A DNA stretch of 64,000 nt from positions 34,038,001-34,102,000 of the forward strand of contig OZ024752.1 in assembly GCA_964016885.1 (NCBI GenBank), read 5' to 3'. The notes beneath the pieces are model-generated. The model saw only the letters and a list, made by a program, of their open reading frames with translations, was not told where the DNA came from and ran no database searches. Within the stretch, counting starts at the first letter, position 1; each line of letters starts with the position of its first letter. Source of the stretch: Eledone cirrhosa (lineage: Eukaryota). Made by a program: the position numbers and the translations under genes. Shown here piece after piece: positions 12,009 to 24,200 of the stretch.

Positions 12009-14916
12009 ATTACTGTATGTCTAATGAAAGACACTGTCTATGTGTTTAACCCTTTCATTACTGTATATCTAATGAAAGACACTGTTTATGTGTTTAATCC
12101 TTTCATTACTGTATGTCTAATGAAAGACACTGTCTATGTGTTTAACCCTTTCATTACTGTATGTCTAATAAAAGGGACTGTCTATGTGTTTAACCCTTTC
12201 ATTACTGTAGGTCTAATGAAAGACACTGTCTATGTGTTTAACCCTTTCATTACTGTATGTCTAATGAAAGACACTGTCTATGTATTTAATCCTTTCATTA
12301 CTGTATGTCTAATGAAAGACACTGTCTATGTCTTTAACCCTTTCATTACTGTATGTCTAATGAAAGACACTGTCTGTGTTTAACCCTTCCATTACTGTAT
12401 GTCTAATGAAAGACACTGTCTGTGTGTTTAACCCTTTCATTACTGTATGTCTAATGAAAGACACAGTCTATGTGTTTAATCCTTTCATTACTGTATGTCT
12501 AATGAAAGACACAGTCTATGTGTTTAACCCTTTTATTACTGTATGTCTAATGAAAGACACAGTCTATGTTTTTAACCCTTTCATTACTGTATGTCTAATG
12601 AAAGACACTGTCTATGTGTTTAACCCTTTCATTACTGTATGTCTAATGAAAGACACAGTCTATGTGTTTAATCCTTTCATTACTGTATGTCTAATGAAAG
12701 ACACAGTCTATGTGTTTAATCCTTTCATTACTGTATGTCTAATGAAAGACACTGTCTATGTGTTTAACCCTTTCATTACTGTATGTCTAATGAAAGACAG
12801 TCTATGTGTTTAACCCTTTCATTACTGTATGTCTAATGAAAGACACAGTCTATGTGTTTAATCCTTTCATTACTGTATGTCTAATGAAAGACACTGTCTA
12901 TGTGTTTAACCCTTTCATTACTGTATGTCTAATGAAAGCCCCTTCATTACTGTATTTCTAATGAAAGACACTGTCTATGTGTTTAACCCTTTCATTACTG
13001 TATGTCTAATGAAAGACACTGTCTATGTATTTAATCCTTTCATTACTGTATGTCTAATGAAAGACACTGTCTATGTCTTTAACCCTTTCATTACTGTATG
13101 TCTATTGAAAGACACTGTCTGTGTTTAACCCTTTCATTACTGTATGTGTAATGAAAGACATTGTCTGTGTGTTTAACCCTTTCATTACTGTATGTCTAAT
13201 GAAAGACACTGTCTATGTGTTTAATCCTTTCATTACTGTATGTCTAATGATAGACACTGTTTATGTGTTTAATCCTTTCATTACTGTATGTCTAATGAAA
13301 GACACTGTTTATGTGTTTAATCCTTTCATTACTGTATGTCTAATAAAAGGGACTGTCTATGTGTTTAACCCTTTCATTACTGTATGTCTAATGAAAGACA
13401 CTGTCTATGTGTTTAACCCTTTCATTACTGTATGTCTAATGAAAGACACTGTCTATGTATTTAATCCTTTCATTACTGTAAGTCTAATGAAAGACACTGT
13501 CTGTGTTTAACCCTTTCATTACTGTATGTCTAATGAAAGACACAGTCTATGTGTTTAATCCTTTCATTACTGTATGTCTAATGAAAGACACAGTCTATGT
13601 GTTTAATCCTTTCATTACTGTATGTCTAATGAAAGACACAGTCTGTGTTTAACCCTTTCATTACTGTATGTCTAATGAAAGACACTGTCTGTGTTTTTAA
13701 CCCTTTCATTACTGTATGTCTTATTAAAGACACAGTCTATGTGTTTAATCCTTTCATTACTGTATGTCTAATAAAAGACACAGTCTATGTGTTTAACCGT
13801 TTCATTACTGTATGTCTAATGAAAGACACAGTCTATGTGTTTAACCCTTTCATTACTGTATGTCTTATGAAAGACACTGTCTATGTATTTAATCCTTTCA
13901 TTACTGTATGTCTAATGAAAGACACTGTCTATGTGTTTAACCCTTTCATTACTGTATGTCTAATGAAAGACACTGACTATGTCTTTAACCCTTTCATTAC
14001 TGTATGTCTAATGAAAGACACTATCTGTGTTTAACCCTTTCATTACTGTATGTCTAATGAAAGACACTGTCTATGTATTTAATCCTTTCATTACTGTATG
14101 TCTAATGAAAGACACTGTCTATGTCTTTAACCCTTTCATTACTGTATGTCTAATGAAAGACACTGTCTGTGTTTAACCCTTTCATTACTGTATGTCTAAT
14201 GAAGGACACAGTCTATGTGTTTAATCCTTTCATTACTGTATGTCAAATGAAAGACACTGTCTATGTGTTTAACCCTTTCATTACTGTATGTCTATTGAAA
14301 GACACTGTCTATGTTGAATCCTTTCATTACTGTATGTCTAATGAAAGACACTGTTTATGTGTTTAATCCTTTCATTACTGTATGTCTAATAAAAGGGACT
14401 GTCTATGTGTTTAACCCTTTCATTACTGTATGTCTAATGAAAGACACTGTCTATGTATTTAATCCTTTCATTACTGTATGTCTAATGAAAGACACTGTCT
14501 ATGTGTTTAACCCTTTCATTACTGTATGTCTAATGAAAGACACTCTCTATGTCTTTAACCCTTTCATTACTGTATGTCTAATGAAAGACACTGTCTGTGT
14601 TTAACCCTTTCATTACTGTATGTCTAATGAAAGACACTGTCTATGTGTTTAACCCTTTCATTACTGTATTTCTAATGAAAGACACTGTCTATGTGTTTAA
14701 TCCTTTCATTACTGTATGTCTAAAGAAAGACACTGTCTATGTGTTTAACCCTTTCATTACTGTATATCTAATGAAAGACACTGTCTATGTGTTTAACCCT
14801 TTCATTACTGTATGTCTAATGAAAGACACTGTCTATGTGTTTAACCCTTTCATTACTGTATGTCTAATGAAAGACACTGTCTATGTGTTTTACCATTTCA
14901 TTACTGTATGTCTAAT

Positions 14917-15102
14917 AGGGCGGTGGATTGGCAGTATCGGTAGAGGGTCGGACGCCATGCTTTCCAGCATAGTTACGTCCCTTTACGATCTGAGTTCAAA
15001 TCCCGCCGAGGTTGACTTTGCCTTTCATCCTCACGGGGTCGATAAAATAAAGTACCAGTAATGTACTGGGTAATTGCTGGTCTTGTGCCAATAGTAGAAA
15101 TA
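14917..15102 (+). mobile_element. SINE-like insertion, copy 7 (CATCCTCACGG variant)
   Basis: Same as copy 5, 4967 bp downstream; last SINE copy in the window. Confidence 0.9.
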
Positions 15103-18100
15103 ATTACTGTATGTCTAATGAAAGACACTGTCTATGTGTTTAACCCTTTCATTACTGTATATCTAATGAAAGACACTGTCTATGTGTTTAACCCTTTAAT
15201 TACTGTATGTCTAATGAAAGACACTGTCTATGTGTTTAACCCTTTCATTACTGTATGTCTAATGAAAGACACTGTCTATGTGTTTTACCATTTCATTACT
15301 GTATGTCTAATGAAAGACACTGTCTATGTCTTTAACCCTTTATTTACTGTATTTGTAATGAAAGACACTGTCTATGTGTTTAATTCTTTCATTACGTATG
15401 TCTATTGAAAGACACTGTCTATGTTTAATACTTTCATTATTGTATGTCTAATGAAAGACACTGTTTATGTGTTTAATCCTTTCATTACTGTATGTCTAAT
15501 GAAAGACACTGTCTATGTGTTTAACCCTTTCATTACTGTATGTCTAATAAAAGGGACTGTCTATGTGTTTAACCCTTTCATTACTGTAGGTCTAATGAAA
15601 GACACTGTCTATGTGTTTAACCCTTTCATTACTGTATGTCTAATGAAAGACACTGTCTATGTATTTAATCCTTTCATTACTGTATGTCTAATGAAAGACA
15701 CTGTCTATGTGTTTAACCCTTTCATTACTGTATGTCTAATGAAAGACACTGTCTATGTATTTAATCCTTTCATTACTGTATGTCTAATGAAAGACACTGT
15801 CTATGTGTTTAACCCTTTCATTACTGTATGTCTAATGAAAGACACTGACTATGTCTTTAACCCTTTCATTACTGTATGTCTAATGAAAGACACTGTCTAT
15901 GTATTTAATCCTTTCATTACTGTATGTCTAATGAAAGACACTGTCTATGTCTTTAACCCTTTCATTACTGTATGTCTAATGAAAGACACTGTCTGTGTTT
16001 AACCCTTTCATTACTGTATGTCTAATGAAGGACACAGTCTATGTGTTTAATCCTTTCATTACTGTATGTCTAATGAAAGACACTGTCTATGTGTTTAACC
16101 CTTTCATTACTGTATGTCTATTGAAAGACACTGTCTATGTTGAATCCTTTCATTACTGTATGTCTAATGAAAGACACTGTTTATGTGTTTAATCCTTTCA
16201 TTACTGTATGTCTAATAAAAGGGACTGTCTGTGTTTAACCCTTTCATTACTGTATGTCTAATGAAGGACACAGTCTATGTGTTTAACCCTTTCATTACTG
16301 TATGTCTAATGAAAGACACTGTCTATGTATTTAATCCTTTCATTACTGTATGTCTAATGAAAGACACTGTCTATGTGTTTAACCCTTTCATTACTGTATG
16401 TCTAATGAAAGACACTCTCTATGTCTTTAACCCTTTCATTACTGTATGTCTAATGAAAGACACTGTCTGTGTTTAACCCTTTCATTACTGTATGTCTAAT
16501 GAAAGACACTGTCTATGTGTTTAACCCTTTCATTACTGTATTTCTAATGAAAGACACTGTCTATGTGTTTAATCCTTTCATTACTGTATGTCTAAAGAAA
16601 GACACTGTCTATGTGTTTAACCCTTTCATTACTGTATATCTAATGAAAGACACTGTCTATGTGTTTAACCCTTTCATTACTGTATGTCTAATGAAAGACA
16701 CTGTCTATGTGTTTAACCCTTTCATTACTGTATGTCTAATGAAAGACACTGTCTATGTGTTTTACCATTTCATTACTGTATGTCTAATGAAAGACACTGT
16801 CGTTGTCTTTAACCCTTTCATTACTGTATGTCTAATGAAAGACACTGTCTATGTCTTTAACCCTTTATTTACTGTATTTGTAATGAAAGACACTGTCTAT
16901 GTGTTTAATTCTTTCATTACTGTATGTATATTGAAAGACACTGTCTATGTTTAATACTTTCATTATTGTATGTCTAATGAATGACACTGTTTATGTGTTT
17001 AATCCTTTCATTACTGTATGTCTAATGAAAGACACTGTCTATGTGTTTAACCCTTTCATTACTGTATGTCTAATAAAAGGGACTGTCTATGTGTTTAACC
17101 CTTTCATTACTGTAGGTCTAATGAAAGACACTGTCTATGTGTTTAACCCTTTCATTACTGTATGTCTAATGAAAGACACTGTCTATGTATTTAATCCTTT
17201 CATTACTGTATGTCTAATGAAAGACACTGTCTGTGTTTAACCCTTCCATTACTGTATGTCTAATGAAAGACACTGTCTGTGTGTTTAACCCTTTCATTAC
17301 TGTATGTCTAATGAAAGACACAGTCTATGTGTTTAATCCTTTCATTACTGTATGTCTAATGAAAGACACAGTCTATGTGTTTAACCCTTTTATTACTGTA
17401 TGTCTAATGAAAGACACAGTCTATGTGTTTAACCCTTTCATTACTGTATGTCTAATGAAAGACACTGTCTATGTGTTTAACCCTTTCATTACTGTATGTC
17501 TAATGAAAGACACAGTCTATGTGTTTAATCCTTTCATTACTGTATGTCTAATGAAAGACACAGTCTATGTGTTTAATCCTTTCATTACTGTATGTCTAAT
17601 GAAAGACACTGTCTATGTGTTTAACCCTTTCATTACTGTATGTCTAATGAAAGACAGTCTATGTGTTTAACCCTTTCATTACTGTATGTCTAATGAAAGA
17701 CACAGTCTATGTGTTTAATCCTTTCATTACTGTATGTCTAATGAAAGACACTGTCTATGTGTTTAACCCTTTCATTACTGTATGTCTAATGAAAGCCCCT
17801 TCATTACTGTATTTCTAATGAAAGACACTGTCTATATGTTTAATCCTTTCATTACTGTATGTCTAATGAAATACACTGTCTATGTGTTTAATCCTTTCAT
17901 TGCTGTATGTCTAATGAAAGACACTGTCTATGTGTTTAACCCATTCATTACTGTATGTCTATTGAAAGACACTGTCTATGTTGAATCCTTTCATTACTGT
18001 ATGTCTAATGAAAGACACTGTTTATGTGTTTAATCCTTTCATTACTGTATGTCTAATGAAAGACACTGTTTATGTGTTTAATCCTTTCATTACTGTATGT

Positions 18101-20927
18101 CTAATAAAAGGGACTGTCTATGTGTTTAACCCTTTCATTACTGTATGTCTAATGAAAGACACTGTCTATGTGTTTAACCCTTTCATTACTGTATGTCTAA
18201 TGAAAGACACTGTCTATGTATTTAATCCTTTCATTACTGTATGTCTAATGAAAGACACTGTCTATGTCTTTAACCCTTTCATTACTGTATGTCTATTGAA
18301 AGACACTGCCTGTGTTTAACCCTTTCATTACTGTATGTCTAATGAAAGACATTGTCTGTGTGTTTAACCCTTTCATTACTGTATGTCTAATGAAAGACAC
18401 TGTCTATGTGTTTAATCCTTTCATTACTGTATGTCTAATGATAGACACTGTTTATGTGTTTAATCCTTTCATTACTGTATGTCTAATGAAAGACACTGTT
18501 TATGTGTTTAATCCTTTCATTACTGTATGTCTAATAAAAGGGACTGTCTATGTGTTTAACCCTTTCATTACTGTATGTCTAATGAAAGACACTGTCTATG
18601 TGTTTAACCCTTTCATTACTGTATGTCTAATGAAAGACACTGTCTATGTATTTAATCCTTTCATTACTGTAAGTCTAATGAAAGACACTGTCTGTGTTTA
18701 ACCCTTTCATTACTGTATGTCTAATGAAAGACACAGTCTATGTGTTTAATCCTTTCATTACTGTATGTCTAATGAAAGACACAGTCTATGTGTTTAATCC
18801 TTTCATTACTGTATGTCTAATGAAAGACACAGTCTGTGTTTAACCCTTTCATTACTGTATGTCTAATGAAAGACACTGTCTGTGTGTTTAACCCTTTCAT
18901 TACTGTATGTCTAATGAAAGACACAGTCTATGTGTTTAATCCTTTCATTACTGTATGTCTAATAAAAGACACAGTCTATGTGTTTAACCGTTTCATTACT
19001 GTATGTCTAATGAAAGACACAGTCTATGTGTTTTAACCCTTTCATTACTGTATGTCTAATGAAAGACACAGTCTATATGTTTAACCCTTTCATTACTGTA
19101 TGTCTAATGAAAGACACAGTCTATGTGTTTAATCCTTTCATTACTGTATGTCTAATGAAAGCCCTTTCATTACTGTATTTCTAATGAAAGACACTGTCTA
19201 TGTGTTTAATCCTTTCATTACTGTATGTCTAATGAAAGACACTGTCTATGTGTTTAATCCTTTCATTGCTGTATGTCTAATGAAAGACACTGTCTATGTG
19301 TTTAACCCTTTCATTACTGTATGTCTAATGAAAGACACTGTCGATGTCTTTAACCCTTTCATTACTGTATGTCTAATGAAAGACACTGTCTATGTCTTTA
19401 ACCCTTTCATTACTGTATGTCTAATGAAAGACACAGTCTATGTGTTTAACCCATTCATTACTGTATGTCTATTGAAAGACACTGTCTGTGTTTAACCCTT
19501 TAATAACTGTTTATGTTTAATACTTTCATTATTGTATGTCTAATGAAAGACACTGTTTATGTGTTTAATCCTTTCATTACTGTATGTCTAATGAAAGACA
19601 CTGTTTATGTGTTTAATCCTTTCATTACTGTATGTCTAATAAAAGGGACTGTCTATGTGTTTAACACTTTCATTACTGTAGGTCTAATGAAAGACACTGT
19701 CTATGTGTTTAACCCTTTCATTACTGTATGTCTAATGAAAGACACTGTCTATGTATTTAATCCTTTCATTACTGTATGTCTAATGAAAGACACTGTCTAT
19801 GTCTTTAACCCTTTCATTACTGTATGTCTAATGAAAGACACTGTCTGTGTTTAACCCTTCCATTACTGTATGTCTAATGAAAGACATTGTCTGTGTGTTT
19901 AACCCTTTCATTACTGTATGTCTAATGAAAGACACTGTCTGTGTGTTTAACCCTTTCATTACTGTATGTCTAATGAAAGACACAGTCTATGTGTTTAATC
20001 CTTTCATTACTGTATGTCTAATGAAAGACACAGTCTATGTGTTTAACCCTTTTATTACTGTATGTCTAATGAAAGACACAGTCTATGTGTTTAACCCTTT
20101 CATTACTGTATGTCTAATGAAAGACACTGTCTATGTGTTTAACCCTTTCATTACTGTATGTCTAATGAAAGACACAGTCTATGTGTTTAATCCTTTCATT
20201 ACTGTATGTCTAATGAAAGACACAGTCTATGTGTTTAATCCTTTCATTACTGTATGTCTAATGAAAGACACTGTCTATGTGTTTAACCCTTTCATTACTG
20301 TATGTCTAATGAAAGACACAGTCTATGTGTTTAACCCTTTCATTACAGTATGTCTAATGAAAGACACAGTCTATGTGTTTAACCCTTTCATTACTGTATG
20401 TCTAATGAAAGACACAGTCTATGTGTTTAATCCTTTCATTACTGTATGTCTAATGAAAGCCCTTTCATTACTGTATTTCTAATGAAAGACACTGTCTATG
20501 TGTTTAATCCTTTCATTACTGTATGTCTAATGAAAGACACTGTCTCTGTGTTTAATCCTTTCATTGCTGTATGTCTAATGAAAGACACTGTCTATGTGTT
20601 TAACCCTTTCATTACTGTATGTCTATTGAAAGACACTGTCTATGTTGAATCCTTTCATTACTGTATGTCTAATGAAAGACACTGTTTATGTGTTTAATCC
20701 TTTCATTACTGTATGTCTAATAAAAGGGACTGTCTATGTTTTTAACCCTTTCATTACTGTATGTCTAATGAAAGACACTGTCTATGTATTTAATCCTTTC
20801 ATTACTGTATGAATAATGAAAGACACTGTCTATGTGTTTAACCCTTTCATTACTGTATGTCTAATGAAAGACACTGTCTATGTCTTTAACCCTTTCATTA
20901 CTGTATGTCTAATGAAAGACACTGTCT

Positions 20928-21240
20928 GTGTTTAACCCTTCCATTACTGTATGTCTAATGAAAGACATTGTCTGTGTGTTTAACACTTTCATTACTGTAT
21001 GTCTAATGAAAGACACTGTGTTTAACCCTTCCATTACTGTATGTCTAATGAAAGACATTGTCTGTGTGTTTAACCCTTTCATTACTGTATGTCTAATGAA
21101 AGACACTGTGTTTAACCCTTCCATTACTGTATGTCTAATGAAAGACATTGTCTGTGTGTTTAACCCTTTCATTACTGTATGTCTAATGAAAGACACTGTG
21201 TTTAACCCTTTCATTACTGTATGTCTAATGAAAGACATTG
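20928..21240 (+). repeat. 90-bp dimer sub-repeat (48+42 bp), 3 copies; a second such block at about 22486-22760
   Basis: Alternating CCCTTCCATT/GACATTGTCTGTGTG and 6-bp-deleted GACACTGTGTTTAAC monomers with a 90-bp period. The block recurs 1558 bp downstream. Confidence 0.88.
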
Positions 21241-24200
21241 TCTATGTGTTTAACCCTTTCATTACTGTATGTCTAATGAAAGACACTGTCTGTGTGTTTA
21301 ACCCTTTCATTACTGTATGTCTAATGAAAGACACAGTCTATGTGTTTAATCCTTTCATTACTGTATGTCTAATGAAAGACACTGTCTATGTGTTTAATCC
21401 TTTCATTACTGTATGTCTAATGAAAGACACTGTCTATGTGTTTAACCCTTTCATTACTGTATGTCTAATGAAAGACACTGTCTATGTGTTTAACCCTTTC
21501 ATTACTGTATGTCTAATGAAAGACACTGTCTATGTGTTTAATCCTTTCATTACTGTATGTCTAATGAAAGACACAGTCTATGTGTTTAATCCTTTCATTA
21601 CTGTATGTCTAATGAAAGACACTGTCTATGTGTTTAACCCTTTCATTACTGTATGTCTAATGAAAGACAGTCTATGTGTTTAACCCTTTCATTACTGTAT
21701 GTCTAATGAAAGACACAGTCTATGTGTTTAATCCTTTCATTACTGTATGTCTAATGAAAGACACTGTCTATGTGTTTAACCCTTTCATTACTGTATTTCT
21801 AATGAAAGACACTGTCTATATGTTTAATCCTTTCATTTCTGTATGTCTAATGAAATACACTTTCTATGTGTTTAATCCTTTCATTGCTGTATGTCTAATG
21901 AAAGACACTGTCTATGTGTTTAACCCATTCATTACTGTATGTCTATTGAAAGACACTGTCTATGTTGAATCCTTTCATTACTGTATGTCTAATGAAAGAC
22001 ACTGTTTATGTGTTTAATCCTTTCATTACTGTATGTCTAATGGAAGACACTGTTTATGTGTTTAATCCTTTCATTACTGCATGTCTAATAAAAGGGACTG
22101 TCTATGTGTTTAACCCTTTCATTACTGTATGTCTAATGAAAGACACTGTCTATGTGTTTAACCCTTTCATTACTGTATGTCTAATGAAAGACACTGTCTA
22201 TGTATTTAATCCTTTCATTACTGTATGTCTAATGAAAGACACTGTCTATGTCTTTAACCCTTTCATTACTGTATGTCTAATGAAAGACACAGTCTATGTG
22301 TTTAACCCATTCATTACTGTATGTCTATTGAAAGACACTGTCTGTGTTTAACCCTTTAATAACTGTATGTCTAATGAAAGACACTGTCTATGTATTTAAT
22401 CCTTTCATTACTGTATGTCTAATGAAAGACACTGTCTATGTCTTTAACCCTTTCATTACTGTATGTCTAATGAAAGACACTGTCTGTGTTTAACCCTTCC
22501 ATTACTGTATGTCTAATGAAAGACATTGTCTGTGTGTTTAACCCTTTCATTACTGTATGTCTAATGAAAGACACTGTGTTTAACCCTTCCATTACTGTAT
22601 GTCTAATGAAAGACATTGTCTGTGTGTTTAACCCTTTCATTACTGTATGTCTAATGAAAGACACTGTGTTTAACCCTTCCATTACTGTATGTCTAATGAA
22701 AGACATTGTCTGTGTGTTTAACCCTTTCATTACTGTATGTCTAATGAAAGACACTGTGTTTAACCCTTTCATTACTGTATGTCTAATGAAAGACACAGTC
22801 TATGTGTTTAACCCTTTCATTACAGTATGTCTAATGAAAGACACAGTCTATGTGTTTAACCCTTTCATTACTGTATGTCTAATGAAAGACACAGTCTATG
22901 TGTTTAATCCTTTCATTACTGTATGTCTAATGAAAGCCCTTTCATTACTGTATTTCTAATGAAAGACACTGTCTATGTGTTTAACCCTTTCATTACTGTA
23001 TGTCTAATGAAAGACACTGTCTATGTCTTTAACCCTTTCATTACTGTATGTCTAATGAAAGACACTGTCTATGTGTTTAATCCTTTCATTACTGTATGTC
23101 TAATGATAGACACTGTTTATGTGTTTAATCCTTTCATTACTGTATGTCTAATGAAAGACACTGTTTATGTGTTTAATCCTTTCATTACTGTATGTCTAAT
23201 AAAAGGGACTGTCTATGTGTTTAACCCTTTCATTACTGTATGTCTAATGAAAGACACTGTCTGTGTTTAACCCTTTCATTACTGTATGTCTAATGAAAGA
23301 CACAGTCTATGTGTTTAATCCTTTCATTACTGTATGTCTAATGAAAGACACGGTCTATGTGTTTAATCCTTTCATTACTGTATGTCTAATGAAAGACACA
23401 GTCTGTGTTTAACCCTTTCATTACTGTATGTCTAATGAAAGACACTGTCTGTGTGTTTAACCCTTTCATTACTGTATGTCTAATGAAAGACACTGTCTAT
23501 GTGTTTAACCCTTTCATTACTGTATGTCTAATGAAAGACACTGTCTATGTGTTTAATCCTTTCATTACTGTATGTCTAATGAAAGACACTGTCTATGTGT
23601 TTAATCCTTTCATTACTGTATGTCTAATGAAAGACACAGTCTATGTGTTTAACCCTTTCATTACTGTATGTCTAATGAAAGACACTGTTTATGTGTTTAA
23701 TCCTTTCATTACTGTATGTCTAATGAAAGACACAGTCTATGTGTTTAACCCTTTCATTACTGTATGTCTAATGAAAGACACTGTCTATGTGTTTAATCCT
23801 TTCATTACTGTATGTCTAATGAAAGACACTGTTTATGTGTTTAATCCTTTCATTACTGTATGTCTAATGAAAGACACTGTTTATGTGTTTAATCCTTTCA
23901 TTACTGTATGTCTAATAAAAGGGACTGTCTATGTCTTTAACCCTTTCATTACTGTATGTCTAATGAAAGACACTGTCTGTGTTTAACCCTTTCATTACTG
24001 TATGTCTAATGAAAGACATTGTCTGTGTGTTTAACCCTTTCATTACTGTATGTCTAATGAAAGACACTGTCTGTGTGTTTAACCCTTTCATTACTGTATG
24101 TCTAATGAAAGAAACTGTCTGTCTTTAACCCTTTCATTACTGTATGTCTAATGAAAGACACTGTCGATGTCTTTAACCCTTTCATTACTGTATGTCTAAT

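Larger units (their letters stand above)
4760..15870 (+). repeat. 4,967-bp higher-order repeat (about 2.2 units, two SINE copies per unit); boundaries approximate
   Basis: SINE starts 4983/9950/14917 and 6856/11823 are offset by 4967. Matching ORF patterns have the same offset (5127/10094/15061, 7000/11967, 8154/13121, 8678/13645, 9630/14597). Confidence 0.92.

Noticed and set aside
15391-19035. Isolated 1-bp indels (deletion at 15395, extra T at about 19033)
   Set aside because: Singletons that cannot be distinguished from sequencing or consensus errors without reads.
20909-22796. Two 109-aa minus-strand ORFs
   Set aside because: They result from local loss of the reverse-strand stop in the 90-bp dimer blocks; not genes and not inversions.
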